Shown piece after piece: positions 36,648 to 47,220 of a stretch of DNA of 64,000 bases. Made by a program: the position numbers and the translations under genes. The notes under the pieces were generated by a model. That model was not told the DNA's origin and did not search any database. It saw only the letters and a program-made list of their open reading frames with translations. The first letter of the stretch is position 1. Every line of letters begins with the position of its first letter. This DNA is from TPA_inf: Saccharomyces. Its lineage: Eukaryota. Location of the stretch: contig BK006948.2 in NCBI GenBank assembly GCA_000146045.2, positions 960,001-1,024,000 of the forward strand. Reading direction: 5' to 3'.

Positions 36648-37212
36648 AATTTAGCCGCCATCATTCTTCTTTTCCCCGGCTAAATTACCACGGTATGCTT
36701 TATGATTGGAAAATACCCATAAAGTAGGAATAAACTACAAATGATTCCACTTAATGAAAGATAAGCAGACAAATATACTGCATATAAGTGAAAAATAGTG
36801 AGGAGATCGCTATCAGTCAATATTGTGAAGGACCTACCTACTCTTTTTCTAGATATATATTTTTTATTTGCACAGGACCCCTCTTGCATAATTGTTCCTA
36901 CTAATACGGTAGGTAGCACACAATTTTACACCACTTGCTTTACAATCATACCTCATAGGGCCTTCTTATTCTGATAATGCCCCTTTTAGAATGGCTAAAC
37001 TGCTTACGTCCCGCTTTCTTACGCACTGCGCGCAACATGCAGGAAGAACAAACAACCTCGCCCTGTTTCCATAATGAAGGTCCTTGAAATAGAAGCCCCA
37101 CAAAAGGGTGGAAATGTGGCAGAATAAACAGTAAGCTAACTGTTGTAGAGACTCCAAGCCCTGGTAAGGAAAGAAATATTATAAAAATAAAAGATTTCAA
37201 CACAGTATTTTG

Positions 37213-38244
37213 ATGTCTGAGCCAAACACACCATTACATGCTCAACCGAATGAGCAACTGGACTTGAACAACTTAAATGATCTAGATGAAAAAGACATTG
37301 ATGATTTAAACTTGGATCCAAACTCAGATGTAGAAATTAGTGCAGACTCAGGTGATGTCGTAAATTCTAACATAGACAACGTTATATGGCAGCGTAATTG
37401 TAATAAGAAAAGAAGATATCATACACCAGAATTCAATGATGTTTACAATGAAACTAACAACACAATCAACGACGTAACTATGCTCGATGATGTTGACGAT
37501 TTCCAGCCTAGAATAAACGTGTCTTCTCCCTTTTCGTCTGCCACAAAGCTGAGTGAATTATTGCCAAATGATCACAATGGAACGTCACACCCGAGAAGAT
37601 TGTCAATGTCTCAACAATCCAAATTCATCTCTTACGTTGATGATCAGCTTTTACAAATTCAAAGAAAATTTGTTCAATCCAGGGGCCTGAATATCAAAAA
37701 CGGCTATGCCAGTCTTACTCCGCTGCTGCAGGATTTAAAAACTTTAGTTGACTTCGTTTGGTATTCTATTGCCCATGTTCCAAACTCAGACTATTTACTT
37801 CAATCAGAAGAAAAGAGACATTGCCCAGATTCCCGAAACCCAAAAGATACATGCGGATATTCTAGTTATTTTGGTCAAGGGTCCTATTTAATAAAAATTG
37901 CGGACGATCTCATCGATTACGTTGAAAAATTTACATTCAAAAATATGGAAGACTCAGAGATTAATGACACTTTATCCAAATTATTCAAACTCTTCTTCAT
38001 CCTTGACAGGATATTTGTAATTCTAACTGATGATAATGATAATTGCAAAGAAGTCCCTAAAACGTCTTCAGCCAGCAAGAACATAGCAGGATTGAATGGG
38101 ACTGATATTGTGAGGTTAAAAGGTATCGCGGAACGAACAAGAGTTCGCCTACCCATATTTTTGGAATCCCAGGGTATCCATGGTTACCATTATGAATTAA
38201 GCAAGATTTACGAGGGATTTTTAGACCATGCCAATTCATTTTAA
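37213..38244 (+). CDS. TFB6: TFIIH subunit Tfb6, 343 aa (the ORF track starts one Met earlier at 37210)
   Basis: Acidic N-terminus (LDLNNLNDLDEKDIDDLNLDP) and an ORF length matching YOR352W. Confidence 0.8.
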   Translation: MSEPNTPLHAQPNEQLDLNNLNDLDEKDIDDLNLDPNSDVEISADSGDVVNSNIDNVIWQRNCNKKRRYHTPEFNDVYNETNNTINDVTMLDDVDDFQPRINVSSPFSSATKLSELLPNDHNGTSHPRRLSMSQQSKFISYVDDQLLQIQRKFVQSRGLNIKNGYASLTPLLQDLKTLVDFVWYSIAHVPNSDYLLQSEEKRHCPDSRNPKDTCGYSSYFGQGSYLIKIADDLIDYVEKFTFKNMEDSEINDTLSKLFKLFFILDRIFVILTDDNDNCKEVPKTSSASKNIAGLNGTDIVRLKGIAERTRVRLPIFLESQGIHGYHYELSKIYEGFLDHANSF

Positions 38245-38452
38245 CATTTACATTCAACCAGTGGCGTGTATCTTTTATACAATAAATCTGTAACTTTTAA
38301 AACTTCTGTTTCCGAACTCCTCATTTTTCATGCATAAATATATAAATATATATATATATATATATAAAGCATACATTTCAGTACCATGGGGTATATGATC
38401 CTCCCATTACGTATTCTAAAGTTCGCGTTTTCTCACAATGCAAGTTTTTATA

Positions 38453-40828
38453 TTACTCCGGAGAGTTGGCGCTTACTGATACAGCCTTGTATGAACTCAA
38501 GTCCAATATCACAGTGACATCCTTGGTAATCTTCGCCAAGTTGGCTAGGTTAGGTCTCAGCTCATTCAAATTAGGCACGTCGCTCATTACGATTTTAGTA
38601 TTAGCCAGAATTGATATTATTACTTTTAAGAACGAATTCATTATCTCCCACGTTTTCAGCTTCTCCAAAGATGTCAGATACTTCTCTGAATTTGAATCGT
38701 TCGGTATTAATACATTTAACCTTTCATTCAATTGTTTGGATAAATCCATCGCTTGACGACATGTTTCCGTCAAATCACGAATTTTAGGTGCTAGCGAGTC
38801 CGTCAAAATTTGCTTTCCCATGGTGCTAGCAATGGCTATCTTGGATATCTCTGAAGTTAACTGGTTATATACAACGCTCACCATTTTAACTACTGTGGAC
38901 AACGTTTGATACAGTTGAATGTCAATATTTGTCTCCACTACATTAGCACTACTGTTCGCGGCACCACCACCATTCATCGGTGGTGGGGTTATATTAACAT
39001 TCGAGACGTTATTACTATTTGATGCGTTAATTATTGAAGAAGTCATAACCGGATGCTGTTTAGGTTCATGCGCCTGTGACTCTTTTTTCGAATCGCTGAT
39101 GGATTTATTGTGCTGAAGCAGCTGTTGCCTTGGAATAGTATCGCTAGTAGTTTTTACTTCATTCATGTTCGTTTGAGAACTTCCATTGCTTATTGCATTT
39201 TGGTGTCCCAAAATTGGACCATGGGTGTGTGCACCATTTAGATTTGGTGATAAAAGAGGAACAGCAGTGGTATCACCCGTCAGAATATTACTATTTGAAA
39301 GCAATGCAGATGCAGATGGTGTTCTTGTGCTCCTTGTTTTCGGCAGTAATTTTATGTTTCCGCTACAATGTGTACTGGTCGTACTTGCTGCGGGTCCTCC
39401 ACCGCTTGTGATACTACTGGACGATGTCTCGTGCCTCGAAAAAGAATGTTTCTTGGGTGCCTTACTTGCAGAACCGGACACTTGATCATCTTCTTTGATA
39501 AAAGACCATGCATTATACATTTCCATATAAGCACACATTAATGTCATATAAAACATCCTTATGAAGCATAGATCGTCTTCTTTGAAAAAAATCTCAAAAT
39601 TTTTTCTCAACAATGTTATAATTTGTTTAAAATTTGTGATGATAGTGAGGCACAGCTTGATTAACGCCTGATCATGCGATTCGTCTTCGTTCTCTGTTTG
39701 CTGCAAGACCTCCACCAGATTATCAGTATGTGATCTGACAGAGTATAATAATGATACTACATTAACCGCTACGGCCTTCTCTTTACAGAAAGAGGCGATT
39801 TTTCTGATAGCTTGTTGGCATTCTGTAAAACTAAATAGGAGCTTCCGACAGGAAACAACCAACTCTGCATGCGATATTTTTTGATGCCCGTTACTCATTG
39901 ACTCTTCTGGTAAAATCGACAACCTCTTGAAGTAGTCATTATATTTGGTGTGATTGTATAGTTCCGTACCATTCACTGCCCCACTTTGTTCTGATTCTGC
40001 ATTGACTGTACCACTGAAAGATGTTGCAGAGGTTTGATTAGATGAGACCATTGCAGTAGATGCACTTATAGTTGTATTTGCACTTGGGGCAAGTGAAATT
40101 ATATTGTTTTCATTCATTGCTCCATTAGACAAGTTCGTATTTATGAATCCCATTCTTTTCGCTGCTCTAGATATTTTAGGTTCTGGAGTAGGTAGGTTAG
40201 GATGATCTTTTAGATATCGTGATATCGCAATTGCCCAATATTCTTCTTTGGGGATGCCCGTATGAAATGGAGTATAACTCTGTACTTGGTCAAGCTCTTC
40301 TTTGGGTATTTTATTATCCTCTAAATCCAAGATGCTCAGCTTGTTTAATTTTGTGATCGATTTCAAATTACGTATGCTAGTAACGTTGTTGTCTTTCAAT
40401 GATAATACACGAATATTATCTTGCCAAAACGATGATATTTCATCTGGCAATGCTTCAATCTCATTGGAGGACAGATCCAAGATCTCTAATTGAGGGCATT
40501 GTGTCAAAATATATGGGATTTCTTTAAAATTGTTATTATGCAAATCCAGATATTGCAGCCTTGATAACCTCTTGAAACTCGCTGGTAAGGATGTTAAGTG
40601 ATTTTTCCTTAAAGACAGTCTTTCAACATTTTGGATATATCCCACATCTTCATCTGATATGGACTTGATATTAAGAGCTATTAATTTTAGTGTAGTACCA
40701 CTAGAGCTGGATTTCTCTTGTGTTGCCAACTCAGATATTATAGTGTTGCTTGAATTAGTGGATGTTTTGTCAGCAGGCAAATGTTCCTCCTTCGGATCCA
40801 ACGTCCTCTTTGAAGATGTCGCTACCAT
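38453..40828 (-). CDS. SOG2: Leucine-rich-repeat component of the RAM signalling network, 791 aa
   Basis: N-terminal LRR repeats (LSLRKNHLTSLPASFKRLSRLQYLDLHNNNFKEIP..LEILDLSSNEIEALP). Ser/Asn/Thr-rich low-complexity C-terminal half. Length matches Sog2. Confidence 0.88.
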   Translation of the reverse strand: MVATSSKRTLDPKEEHLPADKTSTNSSNTIISELATQEKSSSSGTTLKLIALNIKSISDEDVGYIQNVERLSLRKNHLTSLPASFKRLSRLQYLDLHNNNFKEIPYILTQCPQLEILDLSSNEIEALPDEISSFWQDNIRVLSLKDNNVTSIRNLKSITKLNKLSILDLEDNKIPKEELDQVQSYTPFHTGIPKEEYWAIAISRYLKDHPNLPTPEPKISRAAKRMGFINTNLSNGAMNENNIISLAPSANTTISASTAMVSSNQTSATSFSGTVNAESEQSGAVNGTELYNHTKYNDYFKRLSILPEESMSNGHQKISHAELVVSCRKLLFSFTECQQAIRKIASFCKEKAVAVNVVSLLYSVRSHTDNLVEVLQQTENEDESHDQALIKLCLTIITNFKQIITLLRKNFEIFFKEDDLCFIRMFYMTLMCAYMEMYNAWSFIKEDDQVSGSASKAPKKHSFSRHETSSSSITSGGGPAASTTSTHCSGNIKLLPKTRSTRTPSASALLSNSNILTGDTTAVPLLSPNLNGAHTHGPILGHQNAISNGSSQTNMNEVKTTSDTIPRQQLLQHNKSISDSKKESQAHEPKQHPVMTSSIINASNSNNVSNVNITPPPMNGGGAANSSANVVETNIDIQLYQTLSTVVKMVSVVYNQLTSEISKIAIASTMGKQILTDSLAPKIRDLTETCRQAMDLSKQLNERLNVLIPNDSNSEKYLTSLEKLKTWEIMNSFLKVIISILANTKIVMSDVPNLNELRPNLANLAKITKDVTVILDLSSYKAVSVSANSPE

Positions 40829-41146
40829 ACGTTACGGATACTTATAGACTTAACTCCCCCCAATAAGTTCAGGTGAAAAGTAGCATGGAGTTTTGGCATT
40901 AACTTTATTTGCCCACTTATATTTAGAGATCTTGAAATACTTTTTGTTACCCGACTTGTAGCTTCATTTTTTCATTTTTTTTTTTTTTTTTTATTTTTAT
41001 TTTGTATTGTTCTTTGAAAGAATCATGCATGGAAGCAATAACTATTATACGGAAGTTATATACAAGAAATCATTATATAGTTACAGCATCATATGTGCAG
41101 AAAATTGGTTCTGAGCTTTTCTTATTGTCTTCTTATGACAAGTGTA

Positions 41147-43225
41147 TTAAGTCAACTTTTCTGGAACAGTAATTCCATCACATTCTTTTAAAATTTGAAT
41201 ATCCTTAGGGTTGGGACGAAAACCCTCATTAGTGCCTAAATCTCGCATAAACTGGTTAATAAAAGCAACCTCTTTGTCAGATAACTGCTGAGTATTGCGT
41301 GCAAATGTGGCCAAGTTGAATAGAATTTTCGAAACGGCCAAGTTCGACACCCTGATACTTGAATCCTTAGCTAGATTGTAGTACTTTTCGATGTAGGGAA
41401 CGTACTCGCTATGTTTACTCTTGTAAAGTTTATCACAGAACCCCAATAATAAAGCATTTAGAGGCGTATTATCCACGTTTCTCTTTCTAGTCTTTTGATA
41501 TGAGAGAAAATCAGAAAACAAATTCTTTGCCTCGGCCACTGTGCCGTCAGGCTTATTAAACTCTGCGGAAATAAAGTCTGCATAATTCCTAGCATTTAAG
41601 TGAGTTCCCAATTGTTTGTAAAGTTGACGAATCGGCTCGACAGTGGGGCACACTGAAATAAAGGCTTTCGTAATCTTTTCAACCTTTTCATAATCGGTGG
41701 GATTAATGGAAACACTTTGCAATAGATCGAATTGTGGGCGTGTATCTTCTGCCTGAAATTTATAATTAGCGTACATTTTAATGCTTAGAGTATCCAAAGT
41801 AGGGGGTAACACACCATCTGATGGATAATGGTTATAGTAAAATGTGTTGAATTGTTCTTCGCTCACTTTTTCATCATCTAACATTAGCAATAAAACTTTA
41901 TTGAACAACTTCTTGGTTTTAACAGTCTCTGCTAACTCCCCTTTGACTTGGTCATACTTTAGAGGCGAAGTTTGACATAAGGCCAGGAGAAATGCTTCCT
42001 TCACGATGGGATCTTTCTTGAACTTTTTAGGAAGTTCTTCTTCCCAAAATTCCTTTAAATGGTTGAAATTTCCAGAATCAGTTAGTGCGTTAACTAGCGT
42101 CGCATAAGATGTGTTTTTAATATTATCTCCTGGTTTGATAACACTGTTCCAGACTGCTAGAATTCTGTCCAACTTCTCTTTACTCGATTTAGCTCGTAAG
42201 TGCGACACAGCTCTTAAAAGACAATCTTTCAGCGACGTACTATTTGGGAAAACCTTGCTATACTGGTTATAAATAGTAACAACTTGGTCGGGTTTATCCA
42301 AATCAATAAACTTGTCCATGAACTTGCTTATGATCTCTACATTTTTCTCACCTTCAAGTTTATTGTATTGGCCATAAAGATCCCTTAAATCTATCCATCT
42401 AGGAGCATTTTCAATTTGACTTAAGAAATGATCACTATCCTGTACTGTGTATTGATAGTACAAAGTGTTTAGATTTTTGATAATCACGTCTCTTCTTTCA
42501 AGAGAGCTAAATTCTGTACTTAACATTCTTCTAATCATGTTAAAAGGTAAAACCTGGCCCATTTTACGATCGATCTGTAAAATCTTATACAGAATATTGA
42601 TATCCACAGTATTCTCTGGTAAAGATAAGTAAGCAATGGTGGTAATTGCAATATTTTGCATATGTGCACGAGAAGAACTATTTTGAAGTAAGATCACTGG
42701 GTTTTCGGAAATGGTTTCCAAGTACTTCACCCATAAGGCAATAACGTCCTGTGGTGATTGATTATATAGAAGGTACTTTAAAACAATCGTGAAATGTTGT
42801 GAGCGTGCCAATTTGTATTGGCACAATGTGTTTAATACTTGATAAGGATCTAGCGTCATATTTTTGCTTCTGTAACTTAATTCCTGTAGGAGATCCGAAG
42901 AAAAATTCGCTAACAAGTGTGATCTTTCCATAGGTGAAGGGTTCCTTAATTTCTGTTTCAACGATTCAATCTTATCTTTAAAGTCATTAAAAACTTCATT
43001 GATATCTGAATCTGGAGCTTTCAACTCGTTCTTCAAATCAGCAGCCAAATTTTGTACCCTTTCAAACGGTGAGACGTGCTTTTCTCTATTTCCTGAATGT
43101 CCATCATCTGTTTCTTGTAAGTGAACGCTGCTTTGTTGGTATATCGATGTTGAAGAGGTTAGACATCTTCGTGAAATAATCACCTTTGAACAATCAAAGG
43201 CCCTTAAAGCATTATGGGAAAGCAT
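41147..43225 (-). CDS. MSC6: Mitochondrial protein Msc6, 692 aa (the ORF track extends it by 36 codons to 43333)
   Basis: ORF from MLSHNALRAFDCSKVIISRRCLTSS (presequence-like) gives 692 aa. Helical-repeat (PPR/TPR-like) protein. Confidence 0.8.
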   Translation of the reverse strand: MLSHNALRAFDCSKVIISRRCLTSSTSIYQQSSVHLQETDDGHSGNREKHVSPFERVQNLAADLKNELKAPDSDINEVFNDFKDKIESLKQKLRNPSPMERSHLLANFSSDLLQELSYRSKNMTLDPYQVLNTLCQYKLARSQHFTIVLKYLLYNQSPQDVIALWVKYLETISENPVILLQNSSSRAHMQNIAITTIAYLSLPENTVDINILYKILQIDRKMGQVLPFNMIRRMLSTEFSSLERRDVIIKNLNTLYYQYTVQDSDHFLSQIENAPRWIDLRDLYGQYNKLEGEKNVEIISKFMDKFIDLDKPDQVVTIYNQYSKVFPNSTSLKDCLLRAVSHLRAKSSKEKLDRILAVWNSVIKPGDNIKNTSYATLVNALTDSGNFNHLKEFWEEELPKKFKKDPIVKEAFLLALCQTSPLKYDQVKGELAETVKTKKLFNKVLLLMLDDEKVSEEQFNTFYYNHYPSDGVLPPTLDTLSIKMYANYKFQAEDTRPQFDLLQSVSINPTDYEKVEKITKAFISVCPTVEPIRQLYKQLGTHLNARNYADFISAEFNKPDGTVAEAKNLFSDFLSYQKTRKRNVDNTPLNALLLGFCDKLYKSKHSEYVPYIEKYYNLAKDSSIRVSNLAVSKILFNLATFARNTQQLSDKEVAFINQFMRDLGTNEGFRPNPKDIQILKECDGITVPEKLT

Positions 43226-45136
43226 CTGTATCCCAGTGGAAGGCTCTGATATTATTTTGTGCAGAGCCAACTTAAGCAAACATATAGACAGTACGTCCTT
43301 AGTTAGACATGTGTAGCAATTGAACGATTCCACAGGCGGTATGTATATCGTATATGATGATATTACATTTTACTTACCCCGCTTTTTCCCTCTTATAATC
43401 GATTAATTACTTAGTCGACGAGCAACCTTTTATGGCATATTTGAAAGGTAATACAATGTTCCAACTTCGTTTTTTATTCACAGATCAATTAACGTATTGG
43501 CACACCTGATATTTCCTCAATAGTAAGTAGTTTTGGTGATGTAACTTTGACACTACCTTCGACCGAATATTCACTTATAAAACTTATATATTACTTGCTT
43601 TTACTTCTAACTTGTCTGGAGAGTTCAATCTTTGTTTTCAGCTCTATATACCGGTTTTCTGCATCGGCGGCTAAATGGTATTCTTTTCCGCTTGGCTCTA
43701 CACAATGTTTATTAAGCTGAGCGTCGGTGTTTCCGATTTGGACCGTTTGACTTTCTTTTTGGACTGGTTTTCTTTTTTAGTACGAGGTGTACGGACAAAA
43801 GATACTAACGGACAAAACGCGGTTGCAACTGAAATTTTTTTTTCACTATTTTCGTAGGGCACATTGGTGTAAATATATATATATATACTCAAGGTTCATC
43901 TCGTTTTTTTTAATATTCTTGTTCCTTACTCTTGATCATACGTAGAATGTATGTCTTTATCCTGAAAGTAAAGAAAGGATTATACAATGCTGAAATGTTA
44001 GTACTAAATATGAGCATACAATCACTTGTTGTTCACTAGTTCAACGAGTTTCATTCATATTCAACTCACGCAAGGGATTATGGAAGAAGAATCCTTTTTA
44101 TGAAAGGGAAAAAAAACCGAAATACTATGTTAACTGCTTCCAACGCTCTATACTAATGCGCATGAAGATTTTACTTGCGAATCAAACTGATTCGCACGCA
44201 ATATCTAAGTCTGCTATACCTACCTTACATCTCGCCGTATGTTATGGGTGCAAGGGTGTTTTTTTTTTTTTATATTTTTTTTGTTTGGGGTTTTCGATAC
44301 TTTGTGAAGGAACGACGCAGAAAAAAACGAAAATCATACGCCCGATGAAATTTTTGATAAGAAAATTTTCTGAAAACCCATGCGATGAGAAGTCAAAAAT
44401 TTTTCTTCTTCTCCTTTTCTTGTACTTTTATCCCGGCTAGTTCTTTTTCTAAAATTTTCATATTCCAGTCCAATATTTTACTTCATTTTTTTTTTCTGTT
44501 CTCGCTTGGCTTGATTTAATTTTTTACGTAGGTTTTTTTTACACGATATTGTTTGTATTATCAGTATTCCCTTCAAGCTCCCCTTTTTTTTATCAATTAA
44601 GGTTCTTGGTAATTTCTATTTCTGAAAAACCAAAAACAAAAAGTCATTGATTGACTATTTGACTCAAATTACCAAAATCATAACTTTTCTTTTCAGCATT
44701 CCATTATTGAAGGCTTTAAAATAATAGTTTCTTTTTTCCTATTATTTTATTTTTTCCTTTACATTGGAATACATTTTATTTTGAGTTTTAATTTTTTTTA
44801 TTTTCTATTCCATTGTTTTTTATTTGCTTTGGACTGCCCTTTTCGTAATAATTTCCCTTTTTACCCTATTTTAGTCACTTCTGTGTCAGCAAGCGGGATT
44901 ATATAAAGAAACGTTAGCAGAAACAATATCAGCAAAATAGAAAATAAACGGGCAATCAATCAATAACTACAGAAATATTGGGAGGTTTTAACTAATTTTT
45001 CCAGGATATTTCAACTTTTCATAAATCAAATTTTTTTTACTTTTTTTTTTGCTTTGCTATAGTATTTTAGAAAAGGACAAAAAAATACGAAAAAAGACAA
45101 AAAACCATATAAAAAAATTGATTAGAAGAACTTATA

Positions 45137-46705
45137 ATGGCATTGGCAAATTCCAGACCTTTGCAAATACCAACTTTAGAGAATGAAATTCTTCATAACT
45201 CAAATTCTCCAGTATTTCAGTTGAATTCAATGGGATTTACAACTAGAGCTGACACTATTTCGAATCCAGGCACGGATCTTATCGGCAACCAGCCAGGCAT
45301 GGCCCTTGATGATAATAATTTGGCCGGTTCTTCGTTTTCCTCATCTCAGGAAATAAAAGCTACCAAACCTAAGAAGGACTTTGGTGCTCCCAAAAAAGAC
45401 AATCCATTATTAGAAATTTCTAAGCTAATACCTGTTACTGGTGAGAGGCCAAAACCCGAAAATAGAGACTCCCCTCTGGATGATGACGTTCTTCACGCAG
45501 TTTTTTTAATATTATGGGAAATGGATCCGAATCAACAAGGCATGACCGTCAAACAACTGTGTGACTTGCTTTTGCAAAAACATCCAGATATGTCCAATTT
45601 ATCAACCAAGTTGTCAAATTTAATTTCCGCAAAACTGAACGCTTATGTTAAAAAAATTGAAAAAGGTGAGAAAACGTTAACTTATGCTTTATCAAGGGAA
45701 TGGTCTAATTCATCTCCTAGAAGGATGCTCTATATATACAGAGGCATATTATCTCCCGATTACAAGGAGCATGCTCAAGCTGTTACGATGCAACTTAAAC
45801 AACAATTGGAGACCTCCGGTGATACAAGCGACTTTAATTCAAATGGCAAGAAAAAAAGGGAGTCCAGCAGTAACCAGCTAGTTAACAATGACAGTTATTC
45901 AAGTTCTATGACGGACATGAAAAATATGTCTTCTAACAGTTCCTTCTCAAAAAATTTGAATGTAGGGAATCTGGCCTTTTCATTAAGTCCAGAATTCAAC
46001 ATACCTTATTCCACTTCTCCAGTGTCACTAAATCTTTCCCCATCGATGAGTAATAATCAGCAACAATTACTGACACCTAATTCGGCATCGAAGAGTAAAA
46101 ACAATAATAAAAAAAGAAATTACATGGATGAAGATACTAACGAGTCAATGACCGAGCCAAAGAAAACCAAAACTACTAAACCTGGCAAACAAACAAAATC
46201 CCAATCTTTATCAGTTTTATCCACCCCCAAAAAGGGTTCCTCTGCATCTCTTTCTACATTTGCAAGCTCCAAGAATATTTCGCCAGATTCTTCTCTGTCG
46301 CATAATGCATCGTCAAATACTTATGTTACTGCCGCTGCCGCTGCACCAAGGCTTTCTAAGCTTTTGCCGAAAAATGGGTTTAAGAAAAATTCACGTAGCT
46401 CTTCTGAACTGGCTGCTATCCATAAAGTAATCTCTACACAGACTCCAATTGAGAGCTCTTCAGAGAGCTCTCAATATAACAGTAGTAGTAGTTCACCAGT
46501 TAATAGTGCAGCTGCTTCTTCTGCTGAATCTTTATCCGACATCAATTCCAGTCAGGATAACGGAAGAGAATCAAACCCAAGTTCCCAAGAATCACGAAAC
46601 GAAGTTACGAATTGGATGAAAATTGTGAGAAATGGATTTTTGACACATGATATTGAATCTCCTGAATCAATCACATTAGATGACCTAGAAAATATATTCA
46701 ATTGA
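45137..46705 (+). CDS. GDS1: Gds1, Ser-rich protein of unknown function, 522 aa
   Basis: 522-aa ORF with an extensively Ser/Asn-rich C-terminal half. Matches YOR355W by length and sequence as I recall it. Confidence 0.8.
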   Translation: MALANSRPLQIPTLENEILHNSNSPVFQLNSMGFTTRADTISNPGTDLIGNQPGMALDDNNLAGSSFSSSQEIKATKPKKDFGAPKKDNPLLEISKLIPVTGERPKPENRDSPLDDDVLHAVFLILWEMDPNQQGMTVKQLCDLLLQKHPDMSNLSTKLSNLISAKLNAYVKKIEKGEKTLTYALSREWSNSSPRRMLYIYRGILSPDYKEHAQAVTMQLKQQLETSGDTSDFNSNGKKKRESSSNQLVNNDSYSSSMTDMKNMSSNSSFSKNLNVGNLAFSLSPEFNIPYSTSPVSLNLSPSMSNNQQQLLTPNSASKSKNNNKKRNYMDEDTNESMTEPKKTKTTKPGKQTKSQSLSVLSTPKKGSSASLSTFASSKNISPDSSLSHNASSNTYVTAAAAAPRLSKLLPKNGFKKNSRSSSELAAIHKVISTQTPIESSSESSQYNSSSSSPVNSAAASSAESLSDINSSQDNGRESNPSSQESRNEVTNWMKIVRNGFLTHDIESPESITLDDLENIFN

Positions 46706-47220
46706 TTTTTATCTCCCTTTACAAGAGCATAACGGCTGCTCTACACCTATGTCGTTGTTTTTTTTTATCAACTAATAATATGTGTTCCTCTCATTTGGAC
46801 AATTTTTAGCTAGTTCTAACTTTCACTACAATATTTAAATAAATAAACAACCATAAATAAATAAATGAAAAACAACTAAACCGTTAGAGGTGGACTAATT
46901 TACTGTTAATGACAGTAATTTTTTTTTTTTTGGCTGTTTTCGGTTATTCCGGATATATATGGATTGATCTTCATTTACCCCACAGTTAGTTTATCCGAAA
47001 TTTGCGGGAAGCTTTATTTTTTGTTACCAATGGATCGCGATTTGCCATGACTGTAGAAAAGAAAAGGTTAACTGAAAAATTCAACTTTTTCAAGCGGACT
47101 GAGTAGTAGTGGTCCCCACTTAATTAATTTATTCAATACGTTATATACTTACTGTTACTTCAGGCCACATAAAAGAACAAACTTAAGCTAGACAGGAAAA
47201 TCCACTCTGGGAAAGGGAAA

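Noticed and set aside
38339-38366. (TA)n dinucleotide microsatellites (also 53030-53042 and 43870-43886)
   Set aside because: Short simple-sequence repeats in 3' or intergenic regions. They are common in yeast and probably polymorphic but not functionally informative.
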